Source of the DNA: Geosiphon pyriformis uo1 | Taxonomy: Eukaryota; Fungi; Glomeromycota | NCBI GenBank assembly: GCA_016748015.1 | Contig: JAAOMT010000772.1 | Coordinates: 375,541 to 439,540 of the forward strand | Length of the DNA: 64,000 nt | Reading direction: 5' to 3' | Shown here: positions 12,073-26,948 of the stretch, piece by piece | Layout of the letters: every line of letters begins with the position of its first letter | Numbering within the stretch: the stretch's first letter is position 1 | Made by a program: the position numbers and the translations under genes | Notes under the pieces: generated by a model | What the model was told of the DNA's origin: nothing | The model's input: the letters and a program-made list of their open reading frames with translations, nothing else | The model's database searches: none

Positions 12073-12299
12073 GAAAACGAGGGAGGTCGGATATATTCTC
12101 ACACGTGGGTTATTGTTTTGGGCGTCGGGTGGTAAGTGATGACGGTGATGTGAACGTGGTTAGCTTCGTATAGTGTTGTCTTGACGAAAGTCCGGGTGGC
12201 TGGTCACATGTTAAAAACGCATGATCCAGGTCTATAGTAGCTAGAGTAGATAGTGGAAGGACCTCACTTAGTTAAAACATTAAACAAAAAAACAAAAAA
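12073..12299 (+). mobile_element. Short non-LTR retroelement 3' end with A-rich tail
   Basis: GC-rich island whose 12168-12229 core is homologous to 50697-50758. Ends CACTTAGTTAAAACATTAAACAAAAAAACAAAAAA. Confidence 0.6.
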
Positions 12300-13316
12300 T
12301 TCTCATTTTATTACGTTCAATTTTACATTACCAAAAGATTTTATATAAAATTATTATTTTTAAACTAAAAAATCTTATTCGCATTTTTAGCATTATAAAC
12401 ATGATATAATTTATTAACTATCGCATAATTTTTTTTTTTGAGTAAATCACAAAAAATGATAACTCAAGATTGTATTGAAAAGAAATCAAACCATTTACAG
12501 CAATTCAACCGCTATCCACTCTTGTATACAACTTATACATGTTCTATAATAGATGCAGTGCCACTTGGACGAATTAAGACTACATTAGATTAAAGCGAAT
12601 GTTTTTAGTTTTTAGGTTTCATAAATTTGTTTCTACATTCAAAAATAAGTTTCTTTGTATACAAAATTATTAATAAAAAAGCAATATTAATATTGTATGC
12701 ATTAACAATGAAGAATTACAAACATAGAAAAACAATTATTTATAGAAATTACAAATAATCATGTTCACACATAATTTAAAATAGCAATAATGTAACAATT
12801 AGATATTGTATAAGTTGTAATCTATTCTTAAGTTACACATGGATTTTATGTTAATATTTTAAAAAACCAAAACCAAAACCAAAATTAAAAATAAAAACTA
12901 ATAGTTTTAACCCGCATAACGGGAAATTTCTATTATTATTAATCATTAAATACTAACAAGTTATTGATAGTCATTAAACTTTTTTCAAATGTTAAAGAAA
13001 ATTATCGAAAATGAACCAAATTTTTGCGGAATGGATATGAATAAACAAAAGTATTCATATCAAGTTCAATTCGGTTTTCATTCCAAAAATTTTCTAATAG
13101 ATTTTTTGCAATGATATTGTGTTTGGGTGATAAAGTTCCAAATACGAATCTTTAAAATGAGGTACAGTATTTATGAAGGGATGATTAGATTTTTTATTAT
13201 TATTAATTATCGGTGAAAATTTCTTGATTATAAACAAAAACTCTTTTATGCCAAGGTATTCAATTTGTTGAACCAAACTAAAAATTCCAAGTAAATTTAT
13301 TTTAATTTTAAAAAAT

Positions 13317-13525
13317 AGTTAATGAAAGACAAATGATTTATATTTTGAAAAGAGTTAAATGAAAGACAAATAATTTATATTTTGAAAAGAGTTAAATGAA
13401 AGACAAATAATTTATATTTTGAAAAGAGTTAAATGAAAGACAAATAATTTATATTTTGAAAAGAGTTAAATGAAAAACAAATGATTTATGTTTTGTAAAG
13501 AGTTAAATGAAAAACAAATAATTTA
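13317..13525. repeat. 37-bp minisatellite, ~5.6 copies
   Basis: Unit GAGTTAAATGAAAGACAAATAATTTATATTTTGAAAA, head to tail, with terminal copies diverged. Confidence 0.95.
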
Positions 13526-15434
13526 ATTTTTTGATGAGAGGAATAAAAATAGATGCAAATAAATTATAATTGGAATAAGAATAATGATTTAATATAAGGA
13601 ATTAATCTTTTTCATAGCAAGAATCCTTTTTCATAAAAAGCATATCGTATAGATATTGTGTTGCATAGCTTTTTAGGTTTTGACTTGAAAGAAACCTTAG
13701 AGAAATTTTAAATTGGAGTTGCATAATAACCATTGATGAACATTAATCTCGAAGGAATAAAATCATCAAAATTACTTTTCCATAGACTCGAGTTCAATGT
13801 TAACTAATAATTTTGCAAACTATTTATTCTAAAGAAACAATTATTTAAAAAAAAAAATTAGAAAAGATAATCCTTTTTACGTTCAAAACCGATAAAATTT
13901 TAAAAATAATAATTAATATACTAACTTAACACGACATTGTTTCGGATCCCTTGATCCTAAAATTTTAGAGATCTTAAACCAAGCAGGGCCATGTTTGTGA
14001 TATAAACATTTCAAGACTTTTATTTCCTATTCCAGATTTAAAATTATGGAGGTTAATTCGATCAAGATACTTAAATTCTCCATATAGTAAATTATTATTT
14101 ACCTCTTCGGTCCATTTACTACTTATAATAGTACGCTTAAATTCATAATTTGATATTAATGCCATAATAAAATATTGATGAGTGAGGGGGGGGCTAATTA
14201 ATAATTTTAATTTGTATTTATAAAAAATATCAATTTGTCAAGTTTTTTCCGAGTTTTTTTTTGTAAGATTAATTTTTGTTTTTAGTAAGCGTAAAAATGA
14301 ATTTTAGAGGTTGACTGTTTTTTATATACTTTAGAGCTGGTCTGTTTTCCGTGATTATTTATATACAATAGCCCTCGCTTACATTCAAAAAAAAATTTCT
14401 TTCTAAATTAAACTAAAGCTAGTCGTTGTTCTTCCAAACGCCTAACATGCAAAAGTAAGTTAAATTTCATCAATTTATCGCATTCAAGTTCAAAGAAAAC
14501 CTTTAGCCGCTTCATAATACAACATTACCGTTTAAGCGGGGTACAAAATAGCATTATACTGGGTGGTCCGATACAAAATTGATATATCATATTGTTCTTT
14601 GTCCTCTAAATGCATTCTCGAGACTGTCGATCAATCAATGATTTTTTGCAGATAGCTCTTTGTAATTTTTTAATTAATTAATTAATTAGTTTTCATGAAT
14701 ATTAAAAAAAAAATCAAATCAAATCAAATCAAATTGAAACGAAATTTGAATTGTCGATAACGGTTTTCCCATGCAATCTAGGGTTTCAATAAAAATCTCG
14801 GAAGCAGAAAAATTTGTCAACAATAAAAGTTGAATTAGTCGTTGTCAAAATATTTCATATTTTTTTCTAAACTCTGATTTTTAACCCCGCCTTGAAGAAT
14901 AATTTTAGCCTCTATTCGTTTCAAAAAAACAAAAACAACAACAACAACAATAACAACAACAACATGAGAATTTTGCATACTTCAGCTTGCCATGAACAAA
15001 TCATATTAAAACCATAGATTCACAAAGGCAATAAATTATTCAATTCCAAACTATGCAACTACCAAAAACACAACATTATGAAAATTTTATCTTTTAAATC
15101 AAATATTTTAATTGTTATCAGTTAATTTTTAGCATTAATAACTTTCAATATTCATCTTCATCCCCATCTTCATCTTAAGCTTAATCTCATCTTAATCTTC
15201 ATCCAGAAAGAGATGATAAATTTTTTTTTTTTCAATGAATTATTCTCAAGGTTCCATATCGGGAAATTAGAATCCAAACAATGTGGGAAATAACTTTTTA
15301 ACTTAATTTGAAAAGCATATCATTTAATATCCACGTGGAACATTATTCTCTTTAGAGATGAGTACCTGTCGATCTATGATCATTAGAGGATTTCTTTTTA
15401 ATAACAGACAAATCAAGTAAATAAATCAAGCAAA

Positions 15435-15478
<44 letters not shown>

Positions 15479-17878
15479 CAATCAATCAATCACACAAAGA
15501 GTTCAGACAAAAAGCAAGTTTGAATTTTTTTTTAGGATTAAAAGATAATTTTAGTGTAAAAATATCAAAGAGTTCATACTCATCCCTCCCGTTTTCCCTG
15601 TTTCTAAAAAACTTCTCGAGAATTTCTTCAAGAATCAACTAAACACGCATGTCAGCTAATGGGGAAATACAAAAACATTATATCATCGGAAAAAGATATT
15701 TATAGAGATTTGATGTATATAAGGAACTTAATGAATATTGGGTGAATCATGAAATGAAATTCGGTTAGTTATTTTCGAATAGATTCAAAAAAAAATAAAT
15801 GTTTCATTATCGTTTTTAGTATTAGTATTAGTATTAGTATTTTTATTTGTATTTGTATTTGTATTTGTATTTGCATTTGATTTGATTATATTAATTGTTT
15901 TTATTTTTGATTCAATCAAATATAATGAAATGATTAAAAAAAATTGTTATTCTTAAACGAATAAAAATTTAAAAACTTGTAGCCCGTTAAATATAACATT
16001 CTTACCGAATGATTCTGGTTTAGAAATAAATAATACAAATTTCTTAAACCTAAACTCTGCCCTTATGAAGTATTAAACATGTTATTAATATATTTAAGAA
16101 AATACTTCAAAATTTTGAGAAATTCAATGAAATTCAATAAAACTGAAATTAACCTGATTAATAAAGTTTTATGGATAAAAAAAATTCTAAAAAGATTTTT
16201 TTTATTTTATTAATAATAGTTAAATTTCTAATTTATAAATTTGAAATTGTCATAAATTATAAAGAAAAACCTAATCTAAGTTCAATAAATATATATAAAA
16301 AATAATTCAATTATTAAAAGTCTTCTTTTTAATATTTAGAATGTTTCTTTATATATATAAAAAGGGCTCAATATTATACCACAATTTTTATTTAAAACAC
16401 AAAAAAGGACCTTTTTTTTTAATTTCTTTAGTTAAAAATGTTTAAATGAATTACATTTACAAATGATCTGCAAATCACGAAATTTTAATTTAACTCATTA
16501 TATTCACTGAAATGGAATTCTAAAAAACAAAAAACATTTTGATCTGCCCTAATTTTATTTTTTTTTAACCTAAACATTAAATGTTTACTCACCTTAAAAA
16601 AACAAAAGATGTTGAACAACTTTTTCTTTGGATCTAATTTGATTTAGTGGTTTTTTTTATTGGTAAAAAAATTAATAATAATAATAAAACAAATAGTTTC
16701 AACCAATTTAATCTATTAAAAATGATAAAAATATTTTTCTTAAAGAGGGATTGAACAACAACAACTCTTATCTAAACACACAAGCTTTTCACTAACCAAC
16801 TTACGAGATATATTCAAAAAAAAATCGATCGAAAAGAACGCATTCTTTGAACCTAAAAAGAAAAATCATCAGATTTTTTTTCGATCAAGACTTTTCGTCT
16901 CTCTTATCATGAAAATTGTAACTTTTTTTTTTTGTTTTCAAGATCAACCCACTAAATATTCTCGTTTCTTTTTTATAAAAATCTATTAAATTCTCTTTGA
17001 TTGATTGGTTGGTTGATTGGTTGTTAAATTCTCAAGGAAAAAAAAACAATCTTATCTCCTACCTTTACCCTAATCTCGTTCGTACTTTACGTTTTCAAAC
17101 TTGAGTTATGCAGTGAGCTCATTCAGGTCCCAAATTAATTGCCTCACAGTTTACGACGATATTGATTTAATCAATTCAAAAAGGAGAAAACTTAAAAATG
17201 ATGTTTAATATTTACATTTTATAATCAAAATATTTTCCTTATCAACAATTTCAAAGATTTGGAATCTAGTTCCAATTAAATGGTTTCTCAATCGATCAAG
17301 CATTCCCGATGAGTTTAACTTACTTCCTTGTCATTCCAGAAAAGGCCACCAAAAAAAAAACTTGGCAATTTTAAGTGAGAAAAAAAAACAAAACAAACAT
17401 TCAATGTTTGTACTTTTGAAAACCAATCAATCCGAGAAAAGGGACTGGTGAACTAAATTAAATTTTGAAAAAATAAATATTTAGTTTTAATTCTGGTTTC
17501 AAACAAGTTTCCAGTTTGTCAAACACGCATGGGTTACTGAATGTTTAAAAAAGTACCGAATATATTATGAATTCAGAAATTTTTTTATTTCCTAATATAA
17601 ATTTCTTAATAGAAGGAATGAAGTTTTTAACCAAAGTAATTAGGGAACAGCTCTCGGAGGTTCGAAATAAAAATATCCTAGTTTTTATTTATTAATCATT
17701 TTAAGGACCCATCATCATATACTAAACTTTATTTAGATAAATACAGTAAATACGGTAAATTAAATAATTATTCAAGTCTACTCATAGGCATCAATGTTAA
17801 TTGTTCATTCTTTTTCTTTTTCCCTGTTTAGAATAAGTTAACTTTTCTTGAACTAGAAGGTTTTCTCCCATAATCATA

Positions 17879-17928
<50 letters not shown>

Positions 17929-18105
17929 TATTAAGTAAAAGATTATTTAAAATCGTTAAAATTTATGATGATCCGATGAGAAATCACGTGAAAGTATGAT
18001 CGATTTGTTAATGAAAGAATTTAAATTCGGATAATTAAAATTTATTAAAAATGAAATTCTCACATATGGGTAGTTATCAAAATTTCTATTAAGAATGAAA
18101 ACCAA

Positions 18106-18153
<48 letters not shown>

Positions 18154-18476
18154 TTTATAAATTTATTGGTTCAATCAAAAAAACATTATCATTTTCAAAT
18201 GAATAAAATTGTAATCACTTTTCAAAATGATTAATTTAATAAACAAAGGTGTTTCTTTGGTCAAACGAATAATCTAATTCATTTTTTAAATCCAGTCAAA
18301 TTTACCTTTGAACATATAAGTCTAAAAAAAGAATTTGATTATAAATTTTTATGCGAGATTTTTCAAAGTTTTCCGGTGATAATACCAAGTTTTTCTTATT
18401 CGAGTTAGGTAATTAAAATTTCGATATTTGATGTGAAAATGCGCGTATATACATACATACAAACTAAAGATTTATT

Positions 18477-18613
18477 AATAATGAAAGATAACTATATTGA
18501 AAAAGTACTAATAATAAAAGAGAACTATAATGAAAGAGTACTAATAATAAAAGAGAACTATAATGGAAAGAGGACTATAATGAAAACAGGACTATAATGA
18601 AATAATGAAAGAA
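18477..18613. repeat. Degenerate 16-17 bp minisatellite
   Basis: Repeated ACTATAATGAAAGAG / ACTAATAATAAAAGAG units. Confidence 0.8.
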
Positions 18614-19220
18614 GATTGTAAGGAAAACAATTTGCAAAAATTGGAAGGATGGTTTCAATTTCGAATTGATCGTTTTCAACTTCATTTTTTCTTTGAGTCA
18701 AATGTAAAACATAAGTAAGGGGGTGTAATTGAAACTCAAACCCTGACTCCTGAGCAAGGAAAATAATTTGAATGGTTTTAAATACATACAAAAAAAAAAG
18801 CAAAACAAAACCAAGATTTCAACTTTCTTTTAATCATATTCAACTAATTACTCGAAAACTATGTATGCAAAAGAAAAAAGCTTCAGGAGAATATGGTGCT
18901 TTAAAATTTTCGGTTTCGCTCCAAAATCATTTAAGTTTATTATCCACTGATTTTTCAACAAAATCAAATACATAAATGGCATGCGTATAATTATCTTTCT
19001 AAAACCCCTTCAATTTTATTTTTTATAAAAATGTCCGTAGATCTCGAGACTGTCTTTACCTTTGCAAGTTAAAATTTAAAAGAAACGTCAGGAACGTTTC
19101 ACTTCCCTCTCTCTTTATTCAACTCACTTTCATTTCATTCTTATTTTACTCTCTTTTTTATTTTTATCTCACTTTCATTACACTTTCATTTCACTTTTAA
19201 TCCAATTTTTATCGATTGCC

Positions 19221-20316
19221 ATGATAACCTTATCGAAAACTAACTCAACCTTTTTTACTTACCTGCTTATTTTGAGCATGATAACAAACCTGATCATTGC
19301 CACACCCGAGTCACTTTTAGCATTAGTCAACAATGAAAGATCAAAGAACGGGTTCAATCCACTCAAACTTGATTCGTAAGTAATCAGTGTGTAAAAAATG
19401 AATACCTTTTTGATTACTCTTTCTCAATCTCTAATAATTTAAATTTTGCCTCGTTTCTAAATTTTTCTGAATTAGACGTTTAGTAACATGTGGCCAACTA
19501 CATTCTGAATACCAAGCCAAATCTCGAACCATGACACACTCCGACCCTGCGGGTGATCTTGGAAGTCGGATCAAAAATTCAGGTTTCAATTGGATCAGTG
19601 CTGGTGAGAATGTTGCCTCAGGGCAACCGACAGAACAATCTGTTATGGAAGCGTAAGTAATTTTATTTTTAATAATTTAGAATTACAAAATTAAAATATT
19701 TAAACAGAAAGATTGATTTAAAAATATCCAATTTAGATGGATGAATTCCTCAGGTCATCGTGCGAATATTTTGAACCCTAAATTTACTCATTTCGGCTCG
19801 GCGGTGATTCAGAAATACTGGACCCAAGTTTTTGCTGCTGTGTCCAATAACGGTCGATTCCAAGGCAATATAAATGACGGTATTCCTAATAATAACGGTT
19901 CTGATGATCTTAAGGCCTTTGGTGGTGGTGGTGGTGGTGGTGGTGGTGGTGGTCGTAATGGTCGTAATGGTCGTGGTGGGAATATTAATAATATTCACAG
20001 TTCCGATGGTTCTAAAGCCTTTGGTGGTAGTGATGGTGATGGTGGTGGTGGTGGTGGTGGTGGTGGTGGTAATCATCCCAAGGCCTTCGACAATGGTAAT
20101 AATAATAATAATAATCACGATTTCGATGATCCTAAGGCCTTTGATGATGGTAATAATAATAATAATTCACATGGACAAGGTCTAAATATGGGATCAAAAC
20201 ATGGTCCAAATTTAGGATTCAAATCAGGTTCAAATAGTTTAAAAGGCGGATTAGGTGGATTCAATAGGTTCAGTGGGTTTAAAAATTCGATGAGAAAGAG
20301 AAAGTTATTGTATTAA
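19221..20316 (+). CDS. Secreted CAP/SCP (YkwD-like) domain protein with Gly/Asn-rich tail; exons 19221-19375, 19476-19652, 19737-20316 (303 aa)
   Basis: Two GTAAGT...TAG introns join in frame. Hydrophobic N-terminus, then LVNNER, HSEYQA, GENVA, WMNSSGHRANIL and YWTQVF motifs. Confidence 0.92.
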
Positions 20317-21774
20317 CGCTGAAAACTGTGTTTTCAAATGTAATTCGTATTTTTTCTTGAATTAATTGCAAAGAAACAAATAAAATCAAGGAAATTGAAA
20401 TCATCAAGATGTCGAAACGAAGAATAAAAGTGAATTTTTTGTTTAAGACTAATATTATAGGATTTTTGTCAATTTAAGAAACAATGTCTTAATTGTATAT
20501 TCAGCTGATATTCATTAATATATTCAAAGTAATATAAATATATCCGCTTCATTGATAATATTAACAAATTACAAAATAAGAAATCGTAGGTCTTACCCCT
20601 TCATTATTACTATTTATGTATGTTGGTTTGAAACCCAAACATGTTTATTGTGGGCTCAATCGCCAGTATAGGAGTATTTTTATGATTTGTAAAGTAGAAT
20701 GACGTAAATAACTTTTGTAATTAAAAATTTTAGCTTTTAGTCCATTTAATAAAGCTAGGCATTTCAATTTCACCGACTCTTTATGGTAAATTGAGATGAT
20801 AAAAATTCTTGTAAAAAATCTTTTATTCAGTTTTAAAAAGAAAAGAATTTCAACATTCTTTTCACAAGTCAACTATTTTATAAACTAGTCTTTTGAAGAA
20901 TTTATTCGAATGAAAATTTTTATTATAACTCCAATTTAGGACAAAAAGTGATTTATTGGCATCGAGTAAAATTGGAATTATCTAGTAAATTATATTTTCT
21001 TGAAATACTTTTAGTGTAACCAAAGATTCTCCAAAGATTCATTCAATTTAATTTAATTTTCTCTTTTGTTAAAAAATTGAATCTTTCACCTTTTTGCATC
21101 GTTCGATCTTAATAGATGGATAAGTAAAATTTTTTTTTCCCAAGAATTAGCTTCCAATATCAAATTCACTTAAATTTAATTGTGTCATTAATTAATTATC
21201 ACATGCGTATATTAAAATCAAAGTCTCATTGATTCCATCTATATTAATTTGCGTAATAAAATATTTGTAAACTGATGATATTTAATTTATGAATCATATA
21301 AAACTTGGTCAAAGATCCAAAAATAGATCAATCAAAAATAATCCCTTAATTTTATTAAATTTCAGGGAGCATTACGAAATATATATATATAGGGAGATCT
21401 CTTTGTGAATATTTTAAAGGGAAAAGGAAATTGTTTAAAATAGTTCAATGGCTGGTAAATGTAAACAATCACGACAGGTTTAAAAAAAAAACAAAAAAAA
21501 AGAGTCCCATGAATATATTTTGTGCTTTTGTTTCAAAGACCCCAATTGATGCAAGTTATAAAAGTTGCAATTTATTTATTTTTTAGAATGATTCAAAATA
21601 AAAAAATTTTTAAACTTTATTTTTTACAAAGACTAATTTTTATTGGTCAACACACAAAAATATTATACAAAAAAATCACGGAAAGCTTGGCAAAATTCCA
21701 TGATCAATTTAGAATAAGCTAGCATTAAAAATGTTCTATAAATATATATTTTTTATGATGAAAATCGCTGTGAT

Positions 21775-21808
<34 letters not shown>

Positions 21809-23063
21809 ATGATGATGATCACACAAATTTTTTTCTAGTATTTCTCCGTTTGTCATAATGCGTTTAAGAATGTTCGTAATTCTAAAATCGATTAGGTTAC
21901 ATGTAAGATGTAATCATGGGACTCCAAAGAGTCTATTGAAAACAATTATCTTTTCATTTTAAAAAAAGATATAAAAAGTGAATATCATGATCTTCCCCCA
22001 TCCATTAATATTTAATTTAATTTTCCCAATCTTTAATCTAGACGTTTTTTTAGCCCTTTTGAGGTTCAAATTATGAAAATGGTTAATTTGTATTTTTTTT
22101 AATAATCTGGATAGACATTTATATTTGATACTTTAAAGATGCTACTACTAATTTTATTATAATGCTAATACACTTTTATTTGAGCCCATGTTAAAAGCAA
22201 AAAAAATATTTTTGATATGAAACCAAAAGATTATTACAAAAGCTATATTTTGTATCTTTAAAAGTTTTTATTTCTCAAGGAAAAAGACATTCTCACTCAA
22301 AGTGACAAAATATTTTTTTTTCTAAATATTTTCCAGAAATAGGTTTATGTTTGGATCTGAGATATTTTGTTAAAAAGAATTATGTTTTGAAAATAAAAAA
22401 CATTTTTACCAAAAAATACATGAAATAATTTAAGTTTAGAATCGATTTAAAATTTCTTTTAAAAGGTATTATTATTATAATATCAACTGATATTACTGTA
22501 GCTTTCTTGGAACATTCTCTGAAAACATTTCTTTTTTTTACCATTTTTTTCAAAATTTTACATTTTACCCCAATTACTTTAAATAGTAAATTAATTGGAT
22601 GAAAATTGATATTTATCACTTTATAAATGTAATAGAAATAAATTTTATTTTAAAATTAGGGTAAAAAAATAAATCTTTTTTCACTTGATCAAAGGTCAAA
22701 ATTTAAAAATAATACCGAAATAATATATTAATAAACTGATAAATAAATCCGCTTTTGTTTCATGATTTACACCTCCTCTGTTTCATCAAATCACAAAGAC
22801 TAAAATATTGAATCATTGAAAAAAAATTTTAAAAATAGGTTTTTAGCTTTTATTGAGGCACACATTCAAACAGAACAGAAAAGTTGTACTTACTTACCTA
22901 CTTACTTACTTATCCTTTGGATTATTTAAATATTAACGATTTGCAAATAGATGTGAAAAATTTTTATTTTAAAATAAATAAATCATTAAAATTGAAAATC
23001 TTTGTGAAAATCTGTAAAACTATTTAAATCAAGGATTGTCATTTTAGTATGAGCAGCAGTACT

Positions 23064-23111
<48 letters not shown>

Positions 23112-24502
23112 AATCTTTCATAGTTTTCTTTTCAAGAATCATTAAATTGCTTCTCCTTAGAACATCAAAATATAATATTGGGATACGAGCATTATAATGC
23201 ATCCAAAGTATTTTTGGTTAAATAGAAAAAAGAAAAATCATAAAAATAAAATAAAAAAATGCAAATTTATTTATTGATTGTTTGTTTTTGTCTTTTTTCA
23301 TACCAGATTTAAAATGATGGTTGATTGTCAGATTTTACTGTATTAAGCTTTAAAAATTATTACAATAGAACAGATTTTCACGACATATATTACTTTTTTT
23401 CTGCTATATCAATTAATAAGGTTAAGAAAATTTATATTATATTTATTTCTAAAATTTAGTTTTTTTAAATGCTTTTTATTTGATATATGAGGAAAAAGAT
23501 GATAATGATTTATTTTAACCAGATTAAATTTTGAGAAATGAGAAATGAGAAATGAGAAATGAGAAATGTATATACATAATTTCAATAAAGATTTTATTTC
23601 AGTTTACTATTTTTTAAAAAAGGCAAAATTCTTTCATTTATTCATTATCAAAGAAATGACACATTTTAAACAAAAAAAGATGTTTAATGCATTCAAAAGT
23701 AAAAGGTTTAAATATTTGATGCATTTTTAAATATAAAAGGATTTCAAAGACTATTTGAATAATTTACCATTTTTAGAATCTAATTAATATTTTTAAAACT
23801 TTTATTAAAGTTTACGGATTAACTTTATGAATTTTTAAATTGAACATCTTTTTTGAATATCGAAAAATAAATTTTATTTTTTCGTGATTCAACTACTTTA
23901 GGAAAAAGAATAAAATTTTTTGTTTGAGATTAATGAATAAATAGTTGATATTTTTTCATTTAACTAGATAAGTTTATTTTTAAAAAAAAATTTTTGTTTC
24001 TAATTTCAAATTTTTAAATTCAAAAAAGCTTTTTTATGAAATCTTTCAATGAATAATTAACTTGTCAAATTTCTGAAAGAGTTTTTTTTTTTTTTTAGAA
24101 TCAACGGATCGTATCAGTCACAAAAATATCATTTCTAAATAATTGACAAAACAAGTTTTTTCGGAAAAATCTAAAAGTAATTTTTTTTGTACTTTGAATC
24201 ACATTCCAAAAAAACTTTTCTACGTGACAAAATTTATAAGTCATTTAGTCTTAAACAAATTAAAAACATAATATCGTGTCAAAAAAAAAAAGACCTACTT
24301 TTCATTAACATTGTTTAAAACATTTCAAATATCGGAAATTTTCCACGGGAGATTATTTAGTAATCTGTTGTACTGCAGCAAAAATCCCTTTCTTTACAGA
24401 ATACTGTTTAAAAATAAAATATCGTTTTCATTGGTTATCTAAAAATAACTTGACAATTGAAGAAATGACAAGGCCATTGTTTAAGGATTTGATTATTATT
24501 AC

Positions 24503-24562
<60 letters not shown>

Positions 24563-24927
24563 TATTACTATTATTATGGTTATTATTATTATTATTGGAC
24601 AATCATTTGAGTTCTGGATTTCTTTTTTTTTTTTCAATTTTTGGATTCCAAGGATTATTTGCCAAATTATCAGATATCAAACGTTTGTTATTTTTAATTT
24701 ATAAAAGAGAATGGTATAATCTTTTAGGAAATTCTTCAAATTTTTATAATCCCTTGAATTGGTTCATTTATGGGAATACCATTGTAGTCCTTGTATTGGA
24801 ACTTTCGTTAAGAGTGCTTCGCAGCGATCAAATAGTATGATTACATTATTAGCGTATTTCTTTTTTTATTTGAACTCATCATTACACAAAAGTCAACCTT
24901 TTCCCGGTAACAACGGCATCATCATCG

Positions 24928-24974
<47 letters not shown>

Positions 24975-26898
24975 GTTGTTGTTGTTGTTGTTATTTTTGT
25001 TGTTGTTGTTGTTGTTGTTGTTGTTTTTGACTCGTCTTTTTATGCTTTTCTTGAAAAAATGTATCATCCTTCAGGTGAATGTATTTTCTTCAAAGAAGTA
25101 TGGAACCATCTTTTTTTAAATCCTTTTTCTTTTACATAGATACATACATAGATACATACATAGATACATAAATAGATACATACATACATAGATACATACA
25201 TACATGAATATATACATAGATAGACACATAAACACATGCATACTTACATATGTACATACACATCAATTATTCGTTATTAAACTTATAAATTCGAATAGCA
25301 TAAAGGTTTGATGTTCCGTATGTAGAAAAAAAAATTATAAAATAATATAAAAAAGTGAAAACAGCAAATAAATGACCATTCAGCATAATGTTTAATCCTC
25401 AGTTTTCCTAATCAAGTTCAAAATATTTATAATTTGCGTTTACTGAAAAAAGCTGTACAATGGCTCATAGAAAGAGTACCAACTATTTGAGGTAATAGTT
25501 GAATTGATTAATCACGTTCTTTTTGGTTAGATTAAATCAAAAGAAACACAATATTTCTTTAAAAAATATTGTTAAATATTATTTTGAATTTTTAAATACA
25601 TGTATAAAAAAACTAAAGGGTATATTATCTTAACCCTGATTCTTATTTCTACCCTAAAATATATACTCTCTTGAAAAAAGGTTTGACTCGGCCCTCCCAA
25701 CTATTTTCCCGTTTCGTCTTACGTTTTAACCTATTTATCCATTCCTGCTAATTAATTAAGTACTACTATTTTTTATCAGACCATGACAAGGGATGACCAA
25801 ATAATGACAAGAACGAAACATTCACCACCCGTAACTTCTTTCCTAACCTCGCTACCACCAAAGCGATGCAAGAACATCTCACAGAGACTACTCCTGAAAA
25901 ATTCTTTTTTTCTTTTTTACCCAAACGTTCTGTTTTTACCCCTCATACCATAGCGGGTATTGCCTAGCTCTCAAAGGGTATAAGAACCTCGGAGAGTGAT
26001 AAAAATAATTTTATTAAGCAGTAGCACATGATGCAAATACTTTTGGTTTTGTTTTAGGTATGTATCGGTGTTCCTCGAAAAGATCACGAGCCACCCTGCG
26101 TTTTTCTATTATCTCTCCTTTGTAAGATACGATTTGATCACAAAACGTACAATCTCAAGCGGGGAAATAATACTGTTGTATGAGTAAGCTGAAAAGCTAT
26201 TGGTGATCTTTACAAAAGAAATGTTATTTTTAGAACAGAATTTTGAAGGTCACAATGAATAGGTGACAAATTCATGGAATTCTGGCAAAGAAATTGGGAC
26301 TTGAATATTATTTGAGGATTATAAATTGATAAATTAAAAACTGAAAAATATTACAAGAAATTGCCTGCTAGAGTTAGAGAAGTTTCTTTAAATTTGAAAG
26401 CTCGTTAACTAACCAGTTTCTTGGTTTTTTTTTTGAGTTTTTTTTTTTGATTAATACAAAACTATCGTATGACCGAGTCAAAGGTTACTTGCTTGATGGT
26501 TTGTTTACTTATTTATTTATTTATTTGAAGGTCTTTTTAATGGTTTCCCAAAATTTCAATCTTTTGTAAAACCCCTAATAACTTATTCAAAAGCTTCAAT
26601 TAATGCTCCTTCATATTCAAGATATTAAAAGAACCCTAAATGTTTCTATAAATACATAAATTTCCCTCTTCAGGAAAATCTAATAATAAAGTTTCCATTC
26701 AGAACGTAAAGATCAGGAGATTTAATGAACTTTTAAATAGAAAACCCCAATGACCGTTAAAGGGTCTCATTGGATTGTGATTAACATGTGAATAGTTCAG
26801 TTATGGGGTGCTTTGAAAAATATTTCATTTGAAGGATTTAGTTTTCTAATCTCTTTGAATTTAAAACAGCTTCAAATACGTAAATGATTTTTTCATTG

Positions 26899-26948
<50 letters not shown>

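Noticed and set aside
12184-12197. GACGAAAGTCCGGG resembling the RNase P/MRP P4 motif
   Set aside because: It lies within the retroelement 3' end, is not kept in the homologous copy at 50715, and no partner strand was found.
13317-13525. 37-bp repeats as a CRISPR array
   Set aside because: Units are head to tail with no unique spacers, no cas genes are present, and the context is eukaryotic.
24428-25139. Poly-Ile/Asn/Tyr/ER ORFs here and at 29219, 33163, 41686, 43954, 44829, 50201 and 62781
   Set aside because: They are translations of microsatellites or N gaps, not genes.
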